A stretch of 64,000 nucleotides of DNA, from NCBI GenBank assembly GCA_035652335.1, contig DASRDZ010000010.1, forward strand, positions 39,594-103,593. Direction: 5' to 3'. Made by a program: the position numbers and the translations under genes. The DNA comes from Candidatus Dormiibacterota bacterium (lineage in GTDB: Bacteria; Chloroflexota; Dormibacteria; Aeolococcales; Aeolococcaceae). Of this stretch, positions 36,328 to 45,930 are shown one piece after another. Below the pieces are notes generated by a model, which ran no database searches, was not told where the DNA came from, and saw only the letters and a program-made list of their open reading frames with translations. Each line of letters opens with the position of its first letter. Position 1 is the stretch's first letter.

Positions 36328-37983
36328 TCAGAGCCCGGTGACGGCGGGCAGCTCGATCCAGGACGGCGTGGCGCCCCCGTGCAGCACCGTCTGCTGCGCG
36401 GGCTGGAGCGACGTCGCGGTGTTGGCGTCCTCGCCGGTCGAGGGATTGCGGTCGAGGCGTGGGAAGTTCGAGGACGACACCTCGACGCGCAGGCGGTGTC
36501 CGGCGAGGAAGGCCATCGCCGTCGAGCCCACCTCGACGTCGACGCCGGCCGGCTCACCTGGGGTCAGGCGCGCCCGCCGCACCGAGTCCACGACGTTGTA
36601 GGCGCGCCCGTCGGGGTGGACGTCGACCAGCTTCACCGTGACGTCCGCCGAGGGGGCTGACGACGCCACCACGACGTGGGCGCGGACCATGCCCATCACC
36701 GTGAGCGGCTGCTGCAGCGGCTCGGAGGTGTAGACGAGCACGTCGGGACGCTCCTCGACGCTGCGCTGGTCGCATGGTCCCGGCATGGGCAGATGGGGGC
36801 CGCAGCTCCGTCCGCCGCGCGAGGGGACCGGATCGCGCGGGTCGTAGCGGTACGTGTCGCTGCGCTGCTCCGGCGGGTTGGCGGAGGCCAGGCGCCCGTC
36901 GCCGCCCAGGCTGTTGGCGTGGCCGTCGGAGTCGAGGAAGAGCCGCTCCGGCTGCGACGGCGGCGGCCACGTGGCCATGTCGACCCAGCGGTTCTCGCCC
37001 ATCACGAAGATGCGCGCGCCGCTCTCGACCTCCTCGCCGCGCACCGCGCGGGCCAGCCAGCCGAGCATGTCCGCGGCGACGGTGGCGCCGAGGGCCGTGG
37101 CCCCGAAGTCCACCTCCGGCGACATGCGCTGGAAGATGTTGAAGTGCGTCCAGGGGCCGACGACGATGCGCTGCCCGCGCCGGGCGCGCTCGGTGGCGGC
37201 GGTCTGCTGCAGCCCGCTGAAGTTGCGCAGCGAGCCCTCGCAGAAGATGTCGTACCAGCCGGCGACGTGGTACGCGGGCACGGTGATCTCGGCGTGGCGC
37301 CGCTCGACGTCGACGGGTGCCCAGTGGTCCGCGTCCTCGGGGCGCAGCCAGCCGGGCAGCTCGTCGAAGATCCTCTGGATGCGCGGCGATCCCAGCGGCA
37401 GCGCGTACGCGTCCGCGTGGTCGTCGACGATGGCCTGGGCGGCGCTGCGCAGCTCAGGGTCGCTGCGCGGTGAGGTCGCCACGAATCCCGCGCCCCACTG
37501 CTCGGTGAAGCCGAGCTGCATGGCGCCGCCCTCGTAGAGCCAGCCCTCGGTGTAGCGGTTGGCGGTGCACACGGGGGAGATGGCGCGCAGCGCGGGCGGC
37601 GCCGACACCGCGCAGAGCATCTGGGTGGCGCCGACGTAGGAGCCGCCCCACATGGCGACGTCACCCGTGCACCACGGTTGCGCCGCGCACCATTGCACGG
37701 CGTCGTAGCCGTCGTCCACCTCCTGGTGGAAGGGGCGGAAGTCCCCGTCGCTGTCGAAGCGTCCGCGCGCGTCCTGGATCACGACGGCCCAGCCGGCTCG
37801 GGCCATCGAGACGGCGTCGGTGGTGAGCCGCGAGCCCGCCCGCGAATACGGCGTGCGCATCAGCAGCGCGGGACGCGGCGTGCCGTCGTCGAGGCGCACC
37901 ACGTCGGTGGCGAGGCGCACGCCGTCGCGCATCGGCACGCGCTCGTCGTCGACGGCGATCCTCGCCGAGGCCGGCGGGGTCAC
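36328..37983 (-). CDS. CocE/NonD-family alpha/beta hydrolase (X-Pro dipeptidyl-peptidase S15-like)
   Basis: Real start is the GTG at 37983 (VTPPASARIAVDDERVPMRDGVRLATDV...), which overlaps the TGA of GH31 (GTGA). The upstream roughly 440 codons of the track ORF are Arg-rich junk overlapping GH31. Nucleophile elbow WGGSYVG; C-terminal beta-sandwich. Confidence 0.75.
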   Translation of the reverse strand: MTPPASARIAVDDERVPMRDGVRLATDVVRLDDGTPRPALLMRTPYSRAGSRLTTDAVSMARAGWAVVIQDARGRFDSDGDFRPFHQEVDDGYDAVQWCAAQPWCTGDVAMWGGSYVGATQMLCAVSAPPALRAISPVCTANRYTEGWLYEGGAMQLGFTEQWGAGFVATSPRSDPELRSAAQAIVDDHADAYALPLGSPRIQRIFDELPGWLRPEDADHWAPVDVERRHAEITVPAYHVAGWYDIFCEGSLRNFSGLQQTAATERARRGQRIVVGPWTHFNIFQRMSPEVDFGATALGATVAADMLGWLARAVRGEEVESGARIFVMGENRWVDMATWPPPSQPERLFLDSDGHANSLGGDGRLASANPPEQRSDTYRYDPRDPVPSRGGRSCGPHLPMPGPCDQRSVEERPDVLVYTSEPLQQPLTVMGMVRAHVVVASSAPSADVTVKLVDVHPDGRAYNVVDSVRRARLTPGEPAGVDVEVGSTAMAFLAGHRLRVEVSSSNFPRLDRNPSTGEDANTATSLQPAQQTVLHGGATPSWIELPAVTGL

Positions 37984-40004
37984 CACGGCTCGTGCCCTTC
38001 GCGCACCAGCAGCGGGAGGCGATCGAGCGGCACGCCGTCGTGACGCACCCACGCCGGACCCTGGAAGCGCTCGCCGGTGAAGTGGTCCGTCCACGAGCCG
38101 GGCGGCACGTACACGTCGACGCGTCCCCCGGGCTGCAGCACCGGCGCGACGAGCAGGGAGGGGCCGAGGAGGTACTCGGTGTCGACGCCGTGCGCGCCGC
38201 GGTCGCCGGGGAACTCCAGCGCGACGGGGCGCATCACCGGCACGCCGGTGTCCGCGGCCTCCTGCGCGCAGCGGAGGAGGTACGGGCGCAGCCGGGTGCG
38301 CAGCGCGATGAAGTCGCGCGCGATGCGCACCGCGTCGTCGCCGTAGAGCCAGGGCTCGCGGCCGAGGATGCCGTGGAAGCGGCAGTGGCTGCAGAGCAGC
38401 CCGTACTGCATCCAGCGGATGAAGAGCTCCGGCTCCGGCCTCTCGATGCCGAAGCCCTCGTCCTCGGCGCGGTCGAGGTCGCGCACGTAGAAGCCGCCGA
38501 TATCGTTGGCCCAGAAGGCGAAGCCGCTCCAGGCGGCGCTCAGCGCGCCGCGCAGGTTGCCAGCCATGCCGGCCCACGTCGACTGCGAGTCGCCAGGCCA
38601 GTGCGCCGGGTAGCGCTGGCTGCCCGCCGTGCCGGAGCGCGTGTAGAGGAAGGGCGCGCCGGCGCGGTGGGCGGTGATCGAGCCGAGCAGGCCGTAGAGG
38701 TTGTGGACCTCGCGGCCGCTGCGGCCGTCGGCGTACTCGGCGGTGATCGGCGCCAGCTCGCCGTAGTCCAGCTTGAAGGCGTCGACGCCGGCGTCGAGGA
38801 GGCGGCGCATCTCGGTGATCCACCACGCGGCGCCGCCGCCGGTGAAGTCGACGAAGGCGCGCACGGGGAACTGCGTCTCGCGGGCGCGGCCCCTGCCGAC
38901 GAGGTTGTCCGGAACGTAGCCGGCCTCGTCCTCGACGACGTTGGGGTTGACCCACAGGCAGAGCTTCTTCCCCCTGCCGTGCAGCCAGTCCACGAACTCC
39001 TGCATGGGGCCGAAGTCCTTCTCGTTCCAGACGAAGTCGCAGAAGTCGTAGGCGCGGCCCGGACGGTTGGCCAGCCAGAGCGGATCGAGCCCGACCACGT
39101 CGACGGGGATCTCCAGCCTCTCCGCGGTGTCGAGCACCTCCTCGACCTCGGCGCGGCTCGCGTACATGCACTTCGACATCCAGACGCCGAAGCTCCACTC
39201 CGGCGGCACGGGCGCGCGACCGGTCAGCGCGGTGTAGCGCTGCAGCACCTGCTTGGGCTCGCCGAGCAGGACGAAGAGGTCGAGGTGGTGGCTCTCGACG
39301 CACACGCTCGCCGACGCCGTGGAGGTCGCGCCGACGTCGAACACCGCGCGCTCGCCGTGATGCACGAAGACCCCGTAGCCCTCGCTCGACACCACCAGCG
39401 GCACGCTCTTGTAGACGCGGTCGGTGGTGTTGGTCCCGCCCGGCTCGCAGATGAAGTGCGAGAGCCGGCGCCCGACCAGGCTCGGTCCCAGGAAGCGCTC
39501 GCCAAGCCCCCAGAGCTGCTCGCCGGGACGCAGCCGGAAGGTCTCGTACGCCTGCACGCGATCGCCCGTGCGCAGCTCGTCGGCCCAGCCGCCCGGCTCG
39601 TTGACGTTCTCCAGCAGCGAGGTGTCGGTGCGCTCCGTCGCAAAGGGGCCGAAGTCGACGCGATAGGGCTTGCGCCGCAGCACCAGCGCGGTGCCGCCGG
39701 CGTCGATGCGCACCTCGGTCGCCGTCTCCTCGACGTGGAGCGGCAGGCAGCGTGGCGGCGCGGCCAGCATCTCGGTGAGGTGCTCGTCAGGATCGCCGGC
39801 CATCGACCACTGCAGGCGCGCCACCTCCGGGTCGGGGAAGGTGATCCGCCCCTTGACGGGCTTGCCGCCGCGCGTCACCAGGGTGAGGTGGACGCACGCG
39901 GGCTCGGCGCGCAGGCCGGCCAGCTCGTCGATGGGATGGAACGCCCAGGCGCCGCGGTCGAAGATCGGCCGCGCCGTCTCGTAGGTGCCGATGTGCCAGT
40001 CCAC
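37980..40004 (-). CDS. GH31-family alpha-glucosidase/alpha-xylosidase
   Basis: 674 aa, GTG start. GH31 catalytic-region motifs (GVWMSKCMY, KLDYGE, WPGDSQSTW). Its stop overlaps the CocE start. Confidence 0.85.
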   Translation of the reverse strand: MDWHIGTYETARPIFDRGAWAFHPIDELAGLRAEPACVHLTLVTRGGKPVKGRITFPDPEVARLQWSMAGDPDEHLTEMLAAPPRCLPLHVEETATEVRIDAGGTALVLRRKPYRVDFGPFATERTDTSLLENVNEPGGWADELRTGDRVQAYETFRLRPGEQLWGLGERFLGPSLVGRRLSHFICEPGGTNTTDRVYKSVPLVVSSEGYGVFVHHGERAVFDVGATSTASASVCVESHHLDLFVLLGEPKQVLQRYTALTGRAPVPPEWSFGVWMSKCMYASRAEVEEVLDTAERLEIPVDVVGLDPLWLANRPGRAYDFCDFVWNEKDFGPMQEFVDWLHGRGKKLCLWVNPNVVEDEAGYVPDNLVGRGRARETQFPVRAFVDFTGGGAAWWITEMRRLLDAGVDAFKLDYGELAPITAEYADGRSGREVHNLYGLLGSITAHRAGAPFLYTRSGTAGSQRYPAHWPGDSQSTWAGMAGNLRGALSAAWSGFAFWANDIGGFYVRDLDRAEDEGFGIERPEPELFIRWMQYGLLCSHCRFHGILGREPWLYGDDAVRIARDFIALRTRLRPYLLRCAQEAADTGVPVMRPVALEFPGDRGAHGVDTEYLLGPSLLVAPVLQPGGRVDVYVPPGSWTDHFTGERFQGPAWVRHDGVPLDRLPLLVREGHEPW

Positions 40005-40101
40005 CGGGGCTGCATCCTCCCAACCGACCCCCTGCGCCGAATTAGTCTAGAATCATAACGAACCCGGCGGAGGGCGGTCGAAGGAGCGTACCCGGGAGCG
40101 A
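40005..40101. promoter_or_regulatory. Divergent GH31 / GH38 intergenic region with AT-rich box
   Basis: GAATTAGTCTAGAATCATAACGAACC, with TAGAAT and CATAAC hexamers and a central TCTAGA palindrome. Confidence 0.35.
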
Positions 40102-43100
40102 ATGAGCACGTCGGAGGTCCCCACCCGCGCCGGCGCGGGGGAGCGGGTTGTGTGGCGGATCGGCCGGCTCGACGGGGGCGCCGAGCAGTTCGCAGCGGGG
40201 CCGCGTTTCGACGCGGGCTGCGACGAGCTGCGCTTCCGGGTCGGGGTCGACGACGAGAGCAGCGCCTGGCCGTCGTACCAGCCCGGGCCGCTGATGGCCT
40301 GGACCGGCTACCGCTCGAAGCGCGTCGCCGTCGACTTCCATCTCGACGCGCCGCCGTCCACCGCGTGCGAGCTGCGCCTGCGCCTGCTCACCGTCACCGG
40401 GCCGCCGCCGGACGTCGACGTCTCCGTCAACGGCCGCCGCGGGCGCTGGTTCCTCGACCCGGTGCGGCGCGACCGCACCGACCTGTCCAGCCCCTCGCAC
40501 ATCGGCGGCTGGGACCTGCTGCGCGTGCCGGTCGACTCGGCGTGGCTGCAGCGCGGAGAGAACCGCATCGTCGTCGCCACCGTGCAGGACGACGCCGTCG
40601 ATCCCGCCGAGCTGGGGCCGATGCATCCCGAGTACCCGTACTTCTGGGGCAGCGTGCTGCGCCACGGCGGCGTCGAGCTGGTGGAGACGGGCGAGGCCAT
40701 GCCGGCGCGGTCCGTGCGCGTGTCACCGACACCGCTCTTCGTGCGGCGCGACGGAGCGTTCTGCGAGCTGGTCGACGTCGTCGTCACCGCGCCCGCTGGA
40801 GTCGCGGCCGGGGCGGTGTCACTCACGGTGGCGGGAGCGGCGCCGGTGTCCGCCGCACTCGATCCCGCCGGACGCGACACCGGCCAGGTGCGCGTGCGCC
40901 TCGCCGTGCCCGACCTCGGGGACACGCCATGCGATGCCGAGATCAGCGTCGCGCTCGACGGCGCCCCGATCCGCGAGCAGATCACCCTGCGCCCCTGCCG
41001 CAAATGGACGGTGCACCTGCTGCCCCACGTCCACCTCGACGTCGGCTACACCGACGTGCAGGCCAAGGTCTTCGAGGTGCACAGCCGCAACCTCGACCGC
41101 GTCCTCTCCATCCTCGGCGACGTTCCCGAGTACCGCTACTCCGTCGACGGCGGCTTCGTCCTCGAGCAGTTCGCCCGGTCGCGCAGCGCCGAGTCGCGCG
41201 AGTCCGTCCTCGCCGCGCTGCGCGACGGGTCGCTGAGCGTCAACGCCTTCATGGCGCTGTTCCTCACCGGCATCGCCTCGCTGGAGGAGTGCTACCGCGC
41301 CGGCTACGGAACCGCTGCGCTCCGCCGTGAGCACGGCGTGCCCGTCGACTACGCGAACCTCACCGACGTCCCGTCGTACAGCTCCGCGATGCCGTCGGTG
41401 CTCCGCGCGATGGGCGTCGACGCCTTCGCCGGCATCCAGAACCACGGCCGCGCCGCCACCGAGGACGGCGACGTGCTCCATCTGGTCTCGCCGTTCCTCT
41501 GGGAGGGACCTGACGGCGCGCAGGTGCTCAGCTTCTTCGCCGACTGCTACGCGCAGCTCCGCTACATCTGCGGCCATCCCACCACGGTGACGGGCAGCGC
41601 GCTGAGCCTCACCCGCCTGCTCGGCCGCTACGAGCGCGACGACTACCTGCCCCACGACTTCCCCCTGGTGGGCATCTACAGCGACAACGAGGACCTCGGC
41701 GACGGCGAGGCCGGCTTCGTGGCGCGCTGGAACGCCGCCTACGAGTACCCGCGGCTGCGCTACAGCACCCTGCGCGACTACTTCGCCGCGGTGCGTCCGC
41801 TGCGCGACCGCCTTCCCGTGGTGCGCGGCGACGGGGGCAGCTTCTGGGAGGACGGCGTCGGCTCCTCGGCCTCGCTGACGGCGGCGTACCGCCGCGCCCA
41901 GGCGCTGCTGCCCGTGGCCGAGGCGTGCAGCGCATTGGTGCAGACCGTCGACCCCTCGCTGCGCGCGGCCGTCGACGATCTCGACCGCGCCTGGCAGGGC
42001 CTGCTGATCGGATGCGAGCACACCTGGACCTGGATGCACGCGCACGAGCATCCGCACGGCGAGCAGACCGACGACCAGCTCGGCTGGAAGCGCGCCCAGG
42101 TCGACACGGCGCTGCGCGTCGCCGTCGACGAGACGCGCCGCGCCATGAGCCAGCTCGGCGAGCTGGTGCAGACGGACGGTCCCTCGCTGCTGCTCTTCAA
42201 CGCCCTGGGATGGCGGCGCGACGGCGTCGTCGAGGTGGAGCTTCCCCGGCGGCTGCACGTGATCGGCGAGGATGGCGCGCCGGTGCCGTCCGAGGTGACG
42301 TGGTGCGACACCGGCCTCCAGCGGGTGCGCCTGCGCAGCACCGTCCCCGGCCTCGGCTACCGCCGCCTCACTCTCGCCGAGCAGCCGGATCCCGACGGCG
42401 TCTCCACGGCGGGGCTGGCGCCACTCGACGGCGACCTGGTCGAGACGCGACGCCATCGCCTGCGCGTCGACCGCGGCACCGGACGCATCGTCTCGCTCTG
42501 GTCCACGACGCTGCAGCGCGAGCTGCTCGACTGCGAGGCCACCGGCGTCGCCCTCGCCGAGGTGCTCTACGTGCGCAGCGAGAACGCCGCGCGCGACAGC
42601 ATTCACGAGTTCTCGCGGCACCTTCCTGCGCCGTCGCTCACCGTCACGCCCGCCGCGATGCGCGTTGCCGGCGTGCGCCGCACGCCCTGGGGCGCGGTGG
42701 TCGCGCTCCGCGGTGAGGCGCCGAGCCTGCCGCGGGTCGAGGTGGACGTCGAGCTGCACGACGACGAGGAGCGCGTCGACGTCACCGTGCGCCTCGACAA
42801 GGAGGCGGTGCACGCCACCGAATCGGTCTACGTCGCCTTCCCCTTCGCCGTCCCGGACGCGACGCTGCGCTACGACCGCCAGCAGGGCTGGGTCGATCCC
42901 GCCGCCGACCACGCGCCGGGCGCCTGCAACGAGTGGTTCACCACGCAGCACGCGGTGGGCCTCGACGGCGGCGGCGCCGCGGTGACGTGGTGCTCGGCGG
43001 ACGCGCCGCTCTTCACCGTGGGCGACGTGGTGCGCGGTCGCTGGCCGCGCCATCACCAGCCCGGATCCTCGACCCTGCTCTCCTGGGTGATGAACAACCA

Positions 43101-43560
43101 CTGGTGGACCAACTACGCACCCGCGCAGTCCGGTGAGGTGACGCTGCGCTACTCCTTCACCGCCGCGCAGCGCTGGGACGCCGCCGCGGCCGCGCGTTTC
43201 GGGCGCGAGGCGCGCACGCCGCTCGCCGTCTCGACGGTCACCTGGCTCGACAAGATGGACACCGGCCCGCGCCGGCTCAGCCAGGCCGCGGCGTCGCTCC
43301 TCGACGTCGAGGCGCCGCCCAATCTCACCGTCACCGTCGCCCAGGCGCGCGCCGGGGACGGCCTGCTGCTGCGCCTCCAGGAGACCGCCGGCATCGCAGC
43401 GTCCGCCTCCGTCCGCCACCCCTTCGCGACACGCACCACCCCGCGCGTCGAGCGCTGCACCGCGCTGGAGGACGGCCTCGCCCCGCTCGACGTCGTCGAC
43501 GGCCGGGTGCGCGTCGAGGTCGCGCCGTACGAGATCGTCAGCATGAGGATGTCCCGATGA
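40102..43560 (+). CDS. GH38-like alpha-mannosidase family protein with an extra roughly 290-aa N-terminal domain
   Basis: 1152 aa. The GH38 N-terminal metal-site region is recognisable (VHLLPHVHLDVGYTD, like HSHxDxGW). The stop overlaps the sulfatase ATG (ATGA). Confidence 0.7.
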   Translation: MSTSEVPTRAGAGERVVWRIGRLDGGAEQFAAGPRFDAGCDELRFRVGVDDESSAWPSYQPGPLMAWTGYRSKRVAVDFHLDAPPSTACELRLRLLTVTGPPPDVDVSVNGRRGRWFLDPVRRDRTDLSSPSHIGGWDLLRVPVDSAWLQRGENRIVVATVQDDAVDPAELGPMHPEYPYFWGSVLRHGGVELVETGEAMPARSVRVSPTPLFVRRDGAFCELVDVVVTAPAGVAAGAVSLTVAGAAPVSAALDPAGRDTGQVRVRLAVPDLGDTPCDAEISVALDGAPIREQITLRPCRKWTVHLLPHVHLDVGYTDVQAKVFEVHSRNLDRVLSILGDVPEYRYSVDGGFVLEQFARSRSAESRESVLAALRDGSLSVNAFMALFLTGIASLEECYRAGYGTAALRREHGVPVDYANLTDVPSYSSAMPSVLRAMGVDAFAGIQNHGRAATEDGDVLHLVSPFLWEGPDGAQVLSFFADCYAQLRYICGHPTTVTGSALSLTRLLGRYERDDYLPHDFPLVGIYSDNEDLGDGEAGFVARWNAAYEYPRLRYSTLRDYFAAVRPLRDRLPVVRGDGGSFWEDGVGSSASLTAAYRRAQALLPVAEACSALVQTVDPSLRAAVDDLDRAWQGLLIGCEHTWTWMHAHEHPHGEQTDDQLGWKRAQVDTALRVAVDETRRAMSQLGELVQTDGPSLLLFNALGWRRDGVVEVELPRRLHVIGEDGAPVPSEVTWCDTGLQRVRLRSTVPGLGYRRLTLAEQPDPDGVSTAGLAPLDGDLVETRRHRLRVDRGTGRIVSLWSTTLQRELLDCEATGVALAEVLYVRSENAARDSIHEFSRHLPAPSLTVTPAAMRVAGVRRTPWGAVVALRGEAPSLPRVEVDVELHDDEERVDVTVRLDKEAVHATESVYVAFPFAVPDATLRYDRQQGWVDPAADHAPGACNEWFTTQHAVGLDGGGAAVTWCSADAPLFTVGDVVRGRWPRHHQPGSSTLLSWVMNNHWWTNYAPAQSGEVTLRYSFTAAQRWDAAAAARFGREARTPLAVSTVTWLDKMDTGPRRLSQAAASLLDVEAPPNLTVTVAQARAGDGLLLRLQETAGIAASASVRHPFATRTTPRVERCTALEDGLAPLDVVDGRVRVEVAPYEIVSMRMSR

Positions 43561-45014
43561 GCCGCACCAACCGTCCGCCCAACATCGTCCTGGTGCTCCT
43601 CGACCAGCTGCGCGCCGACGTCTGCGGCACCTACGGCAGCGCCATCTGCCGCACGCCGCACCTCGACCGCATCGCCGCCCAGGGGATCCGCTTCGACCGC
43701 GCCTACACCCCGATCGGCATCTGCAGCCCGGCGCGCGCCTCGATGCTGAGCGGCACGTACCCGCACCGCCACGGTGTGCTCAACAACGTGCACGGGCCCG
43801 ATGCGTTGCAGGTCGACCTCCGCCCGGGAACGCCGGTCTACCCCGCGCTGCTGCGCGACGCGGGCTACGCCACCTCGTACACCGGCAAGTGGCACGTCGA
43901 CATCGAGGACGGCCCGGCCAGCAAGGGCTTCACCCATGTCGGGGCGTGCGACGACTACATGCCCGCGCTCGCCGAGCAGCGCCGGCGGCTTGGCCTGCCG
44001 CACACCGATCCCATCGCCTTCGATCGCAGCACGACGTACCCGCCGCTGTCCGCGCGCGCCACGCGCACGGTGCCCGGCTTCCCGCTGGAGGGTCGCGAGA
44101 CGCAGCCCGTCGAGGGCACGCCGCAGGGCCTGTTCCTGGAGAACGCCCTCGACGCCATGGAGGCGATGCGCCGCGGGGACGCGCCGTTCCTGCTGGTGCT
44201 CTCCTTCCTCGGGCCGCACTGGCCCTACTCCGTCCCCGAGCCGTGGTGGTCGATGTACGACCCGGCCGCGATCCCGCCCTGGCCCAACTGGGAGGACGAC
44301 TTCACCGGCAAGCCCGGCGCCAACCGTCGCGGCCTGCAGCACTTCGGCGTCGAGGGCTGGACCTGGCAGGACTGGGCCCCCACCGTCGCCGCCTACCTCG
44401 GCTCGGTGACGATGCACGACGAGCTGATCGGCCGCCTCGTCGCCGCGCTCGACGCCGGCGGCGCCGCCGAGGACACGCTGCTCATCGTCACCGCCGACCA
44501 CGGCGACCTCTGCGGCAGCCACCGCCAGTTCAACAAGGGCCCGCTGATGTACGAGGAGGTCTACCGCATCCCCCTGGTGGCGCGCTGGCCCGGCGTCATC
44601 GCGCCGCAGTCGGCGAGCGACGCCTACGCCAGCTCACTCGACCTCTTCGCCACCATGCTCGACGCCGCCGGCGTGGCATTGCCCGACGCGCCGCTCGACT
44701 CCCGCAGCCTGCTCCCGCTGTTGCGCGGTGAGACCCCGCAGGGCTGGCGCGACTCCTGGGTCTCCGAGTTCCACGGGGACGAGTTCGGTCTGTATTCGCA
44801 GCGCATGCTGGTGCATGGGCGCCACAAGCTCGTCTACAACCCGCACGACGTCGACGAGCTCTACGACCTGGTCGCCGATCCCCACGAGCTGCGCAACCTC
44901 AGCGCCGAGCCGTCCCTGGCCGCGCTGCGCGACGACCTCGAGTCGCGCCTCGCCCAGTGGATGGACGCCACCGGCGACCCGCTGGGCAAGTACGCCTACA
45001 ACCTCCTCGGCTGA
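43557..45014 (+). CDS. Cys-type sulfatase (formylglycine-dependent, C-x-P-x-R)
   Basis: Signature LLDQLRADVCGTYGS ... CSPARASMLSGTYPHRHG, with the C-x-P-x-R formylglycine motif and the metal-binding D/D/N context. Coupled to GH38. Confidence 0.9.
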   Translation: MSRTNRPPNIVLVLLDQLRADVCGTYGSAICRTPHLDRIAAQGIRFDRAYTPIGICSPARASMLSGTYPHRHGVLNNVHGPDALQVDLRPGTPVYPALLRDAGYATSYTGKWHVDIEDGPASKGFTHVGACDDYMPALAEQRRRLGLPHTDPIAFDRSTTYPPLSARATRTVPGFPLEGRETQPVEGTPQGLFLENALDAMEAMRRGDAPFLLVLSFLGPHWPYSVPEPWWSMYDPAAIPPWPNWEDDFTGKPGANRRGLQHFGVEGWTWQDWAPTVAAYLGSVTMHDELIGRLVAALDAGGAAEDTLLIVTADHGDLCGSHRQFNKGPLMYEEVYRIPLVARWPGVIAPQSASDAYASSLDLFATMLDAAGVALPDAPLDSRSLLPLLRGETPQGWRDSWVSEFHGDEFGLYSQRMLVHGRHKLVYNPHDVDELYDLVADPHELRNLSAEPSLAALRDDLESRLAQWMDATGDPLGKYAYNLLG

Positions 45015-45021
45015 GCCGGCG

Positions 45022-45930
45022 TCAGGCGGTCGCCGCGGCGGCCTGCCGCGGCGCGCCGTCGCGCGCAGCCAGCGCCTCGCGGTACGCCGACATGTCGAGC
45101 TTCGGGTAGCGCGCCTGCACGCCGTCGACGGTGCGCTGCGTCCAGTACGGGTGTCCCGGCTTGGGGAAGCCGATCACGGTGAGCTGCTCGACGCCGGCCT
45201 GCTCGACGAACTGCCGCATCTCAGCGCTCAACCCCTCGTGCGGCCAGGCGCGCCAACCCATCCACTCCAGGCCCGCGCCGCGGAAGACGTTGTGGAAGGT
45301 GAGCCGGATGCCATGGGTGGCGAGCAGCCGCGAGCCGCGGTGGAAGGTCTGCATGTCGTAGAGCATGATCGTGCCGGCTTCGACCGCAACCGCCTGCTCC
45401 GCCTCGTACATCTCCGGCACGTCCTCGCGCGGCGGCGCCACCGGCACCAGCGGCCGCTCACGCGTCACCGTGCGCGACACCACCTTGGTCGGCCCCAGCT
45501 CGACGGTGACGTCCTCCAGGTAGAGGATCGAGGGCATCTGCCGGAAGCCGTCCTCGTCACTGGGGTAGAGGAGGCTGTTGTTCTGGTAGTCGACGTGGTG
45601 CGGCTGCTCCCAGTCGCCCCTCCCGGCGTACTTCGCCCAGAGCAGCGACTGGGTGAGGAAGACGTCCTCGGTGCCGACGATGCGGCGCGCCGCGTCGACG
45701 AGGTCGGGGCCGGTGCTGATGTTGTTGAGGGCGTCGTCCCTGAAGGGGAACTCCCAGTGGATGGGGAGGTTCTGGTAGCGGTGCGGCGCCGCGTAGTACT
45801 CCTCGGCGGTGGGGTAGTAGCGGTAGGCCACCTCGCGTGCCGCGGCCAGCTCGTCGGGGCTGAGGAAGCCCGGGATGAGCACGTAGCCGTGCTCCCGCCA
45901 GTGGGCGACCTGCTCGTCGGTGATGCGCAC
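45022..45930 (-). CDS. PhyH-family Fe(II)/2OG dioxygenase, paralog 4
   Basis: The best start is the GTG at 45930 (VRITDEQVAHWREHGYVL...), 8 nt after AAGGAG; the alternative ATG at 45993 (MVHNSYQ...) has no RBS. HHVDYQNN ... FHRGSRLL metal triad context. Convergent with the sulfatase gene. Confidence 0.75.
   Translation of the reverse strand: MRITDEQVAHWREHGYVLIPGFLSPDELAAAREVAYRYYPTAEEYYAAPHRYQNLPIHWEFPFRDDALNNISTGPDLVDAARRIVGTEDVFLTQSLLWAKYAGRGDWEQPHHVDYQNNSLLYPSDEDGFRQMPSILYLEDVTVELGPTKVVSRTVTRERPLVPVAPPREDVPEMYEAEQAVAVEAGTIMLYDMQTFHRGSRLLATHGIRLTFHNVFRGAGLEWMGWRAWPHEGLSAEMRQFVEQAGVEQLTVIGFPKPGHPYWTQRTVDGVQARYPKLDMSAYREALAARDGAPRQAAAATA

Noticed and set aside
38000-39303. Extension of the CocE-family ORF 36328..39303 back through GH31
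   Set aside because: The CocE/NonD domain begins at the GTG at 37983, which overlaps the GH31 stop. The upstream 440 codons are Arg/Ala-rich and overlap the well-supported GH31 gene.
40078-40101. Alternative upstream start for the GH38-like gene using the AAGGAG at 40081
   Set aside because: No in-frame ATG, GTG or TTG lies between that RBS and the ATG at 40102. The 15-nt spacing is long but the ATG is the only candidate, so I kept it with reduced confidence.
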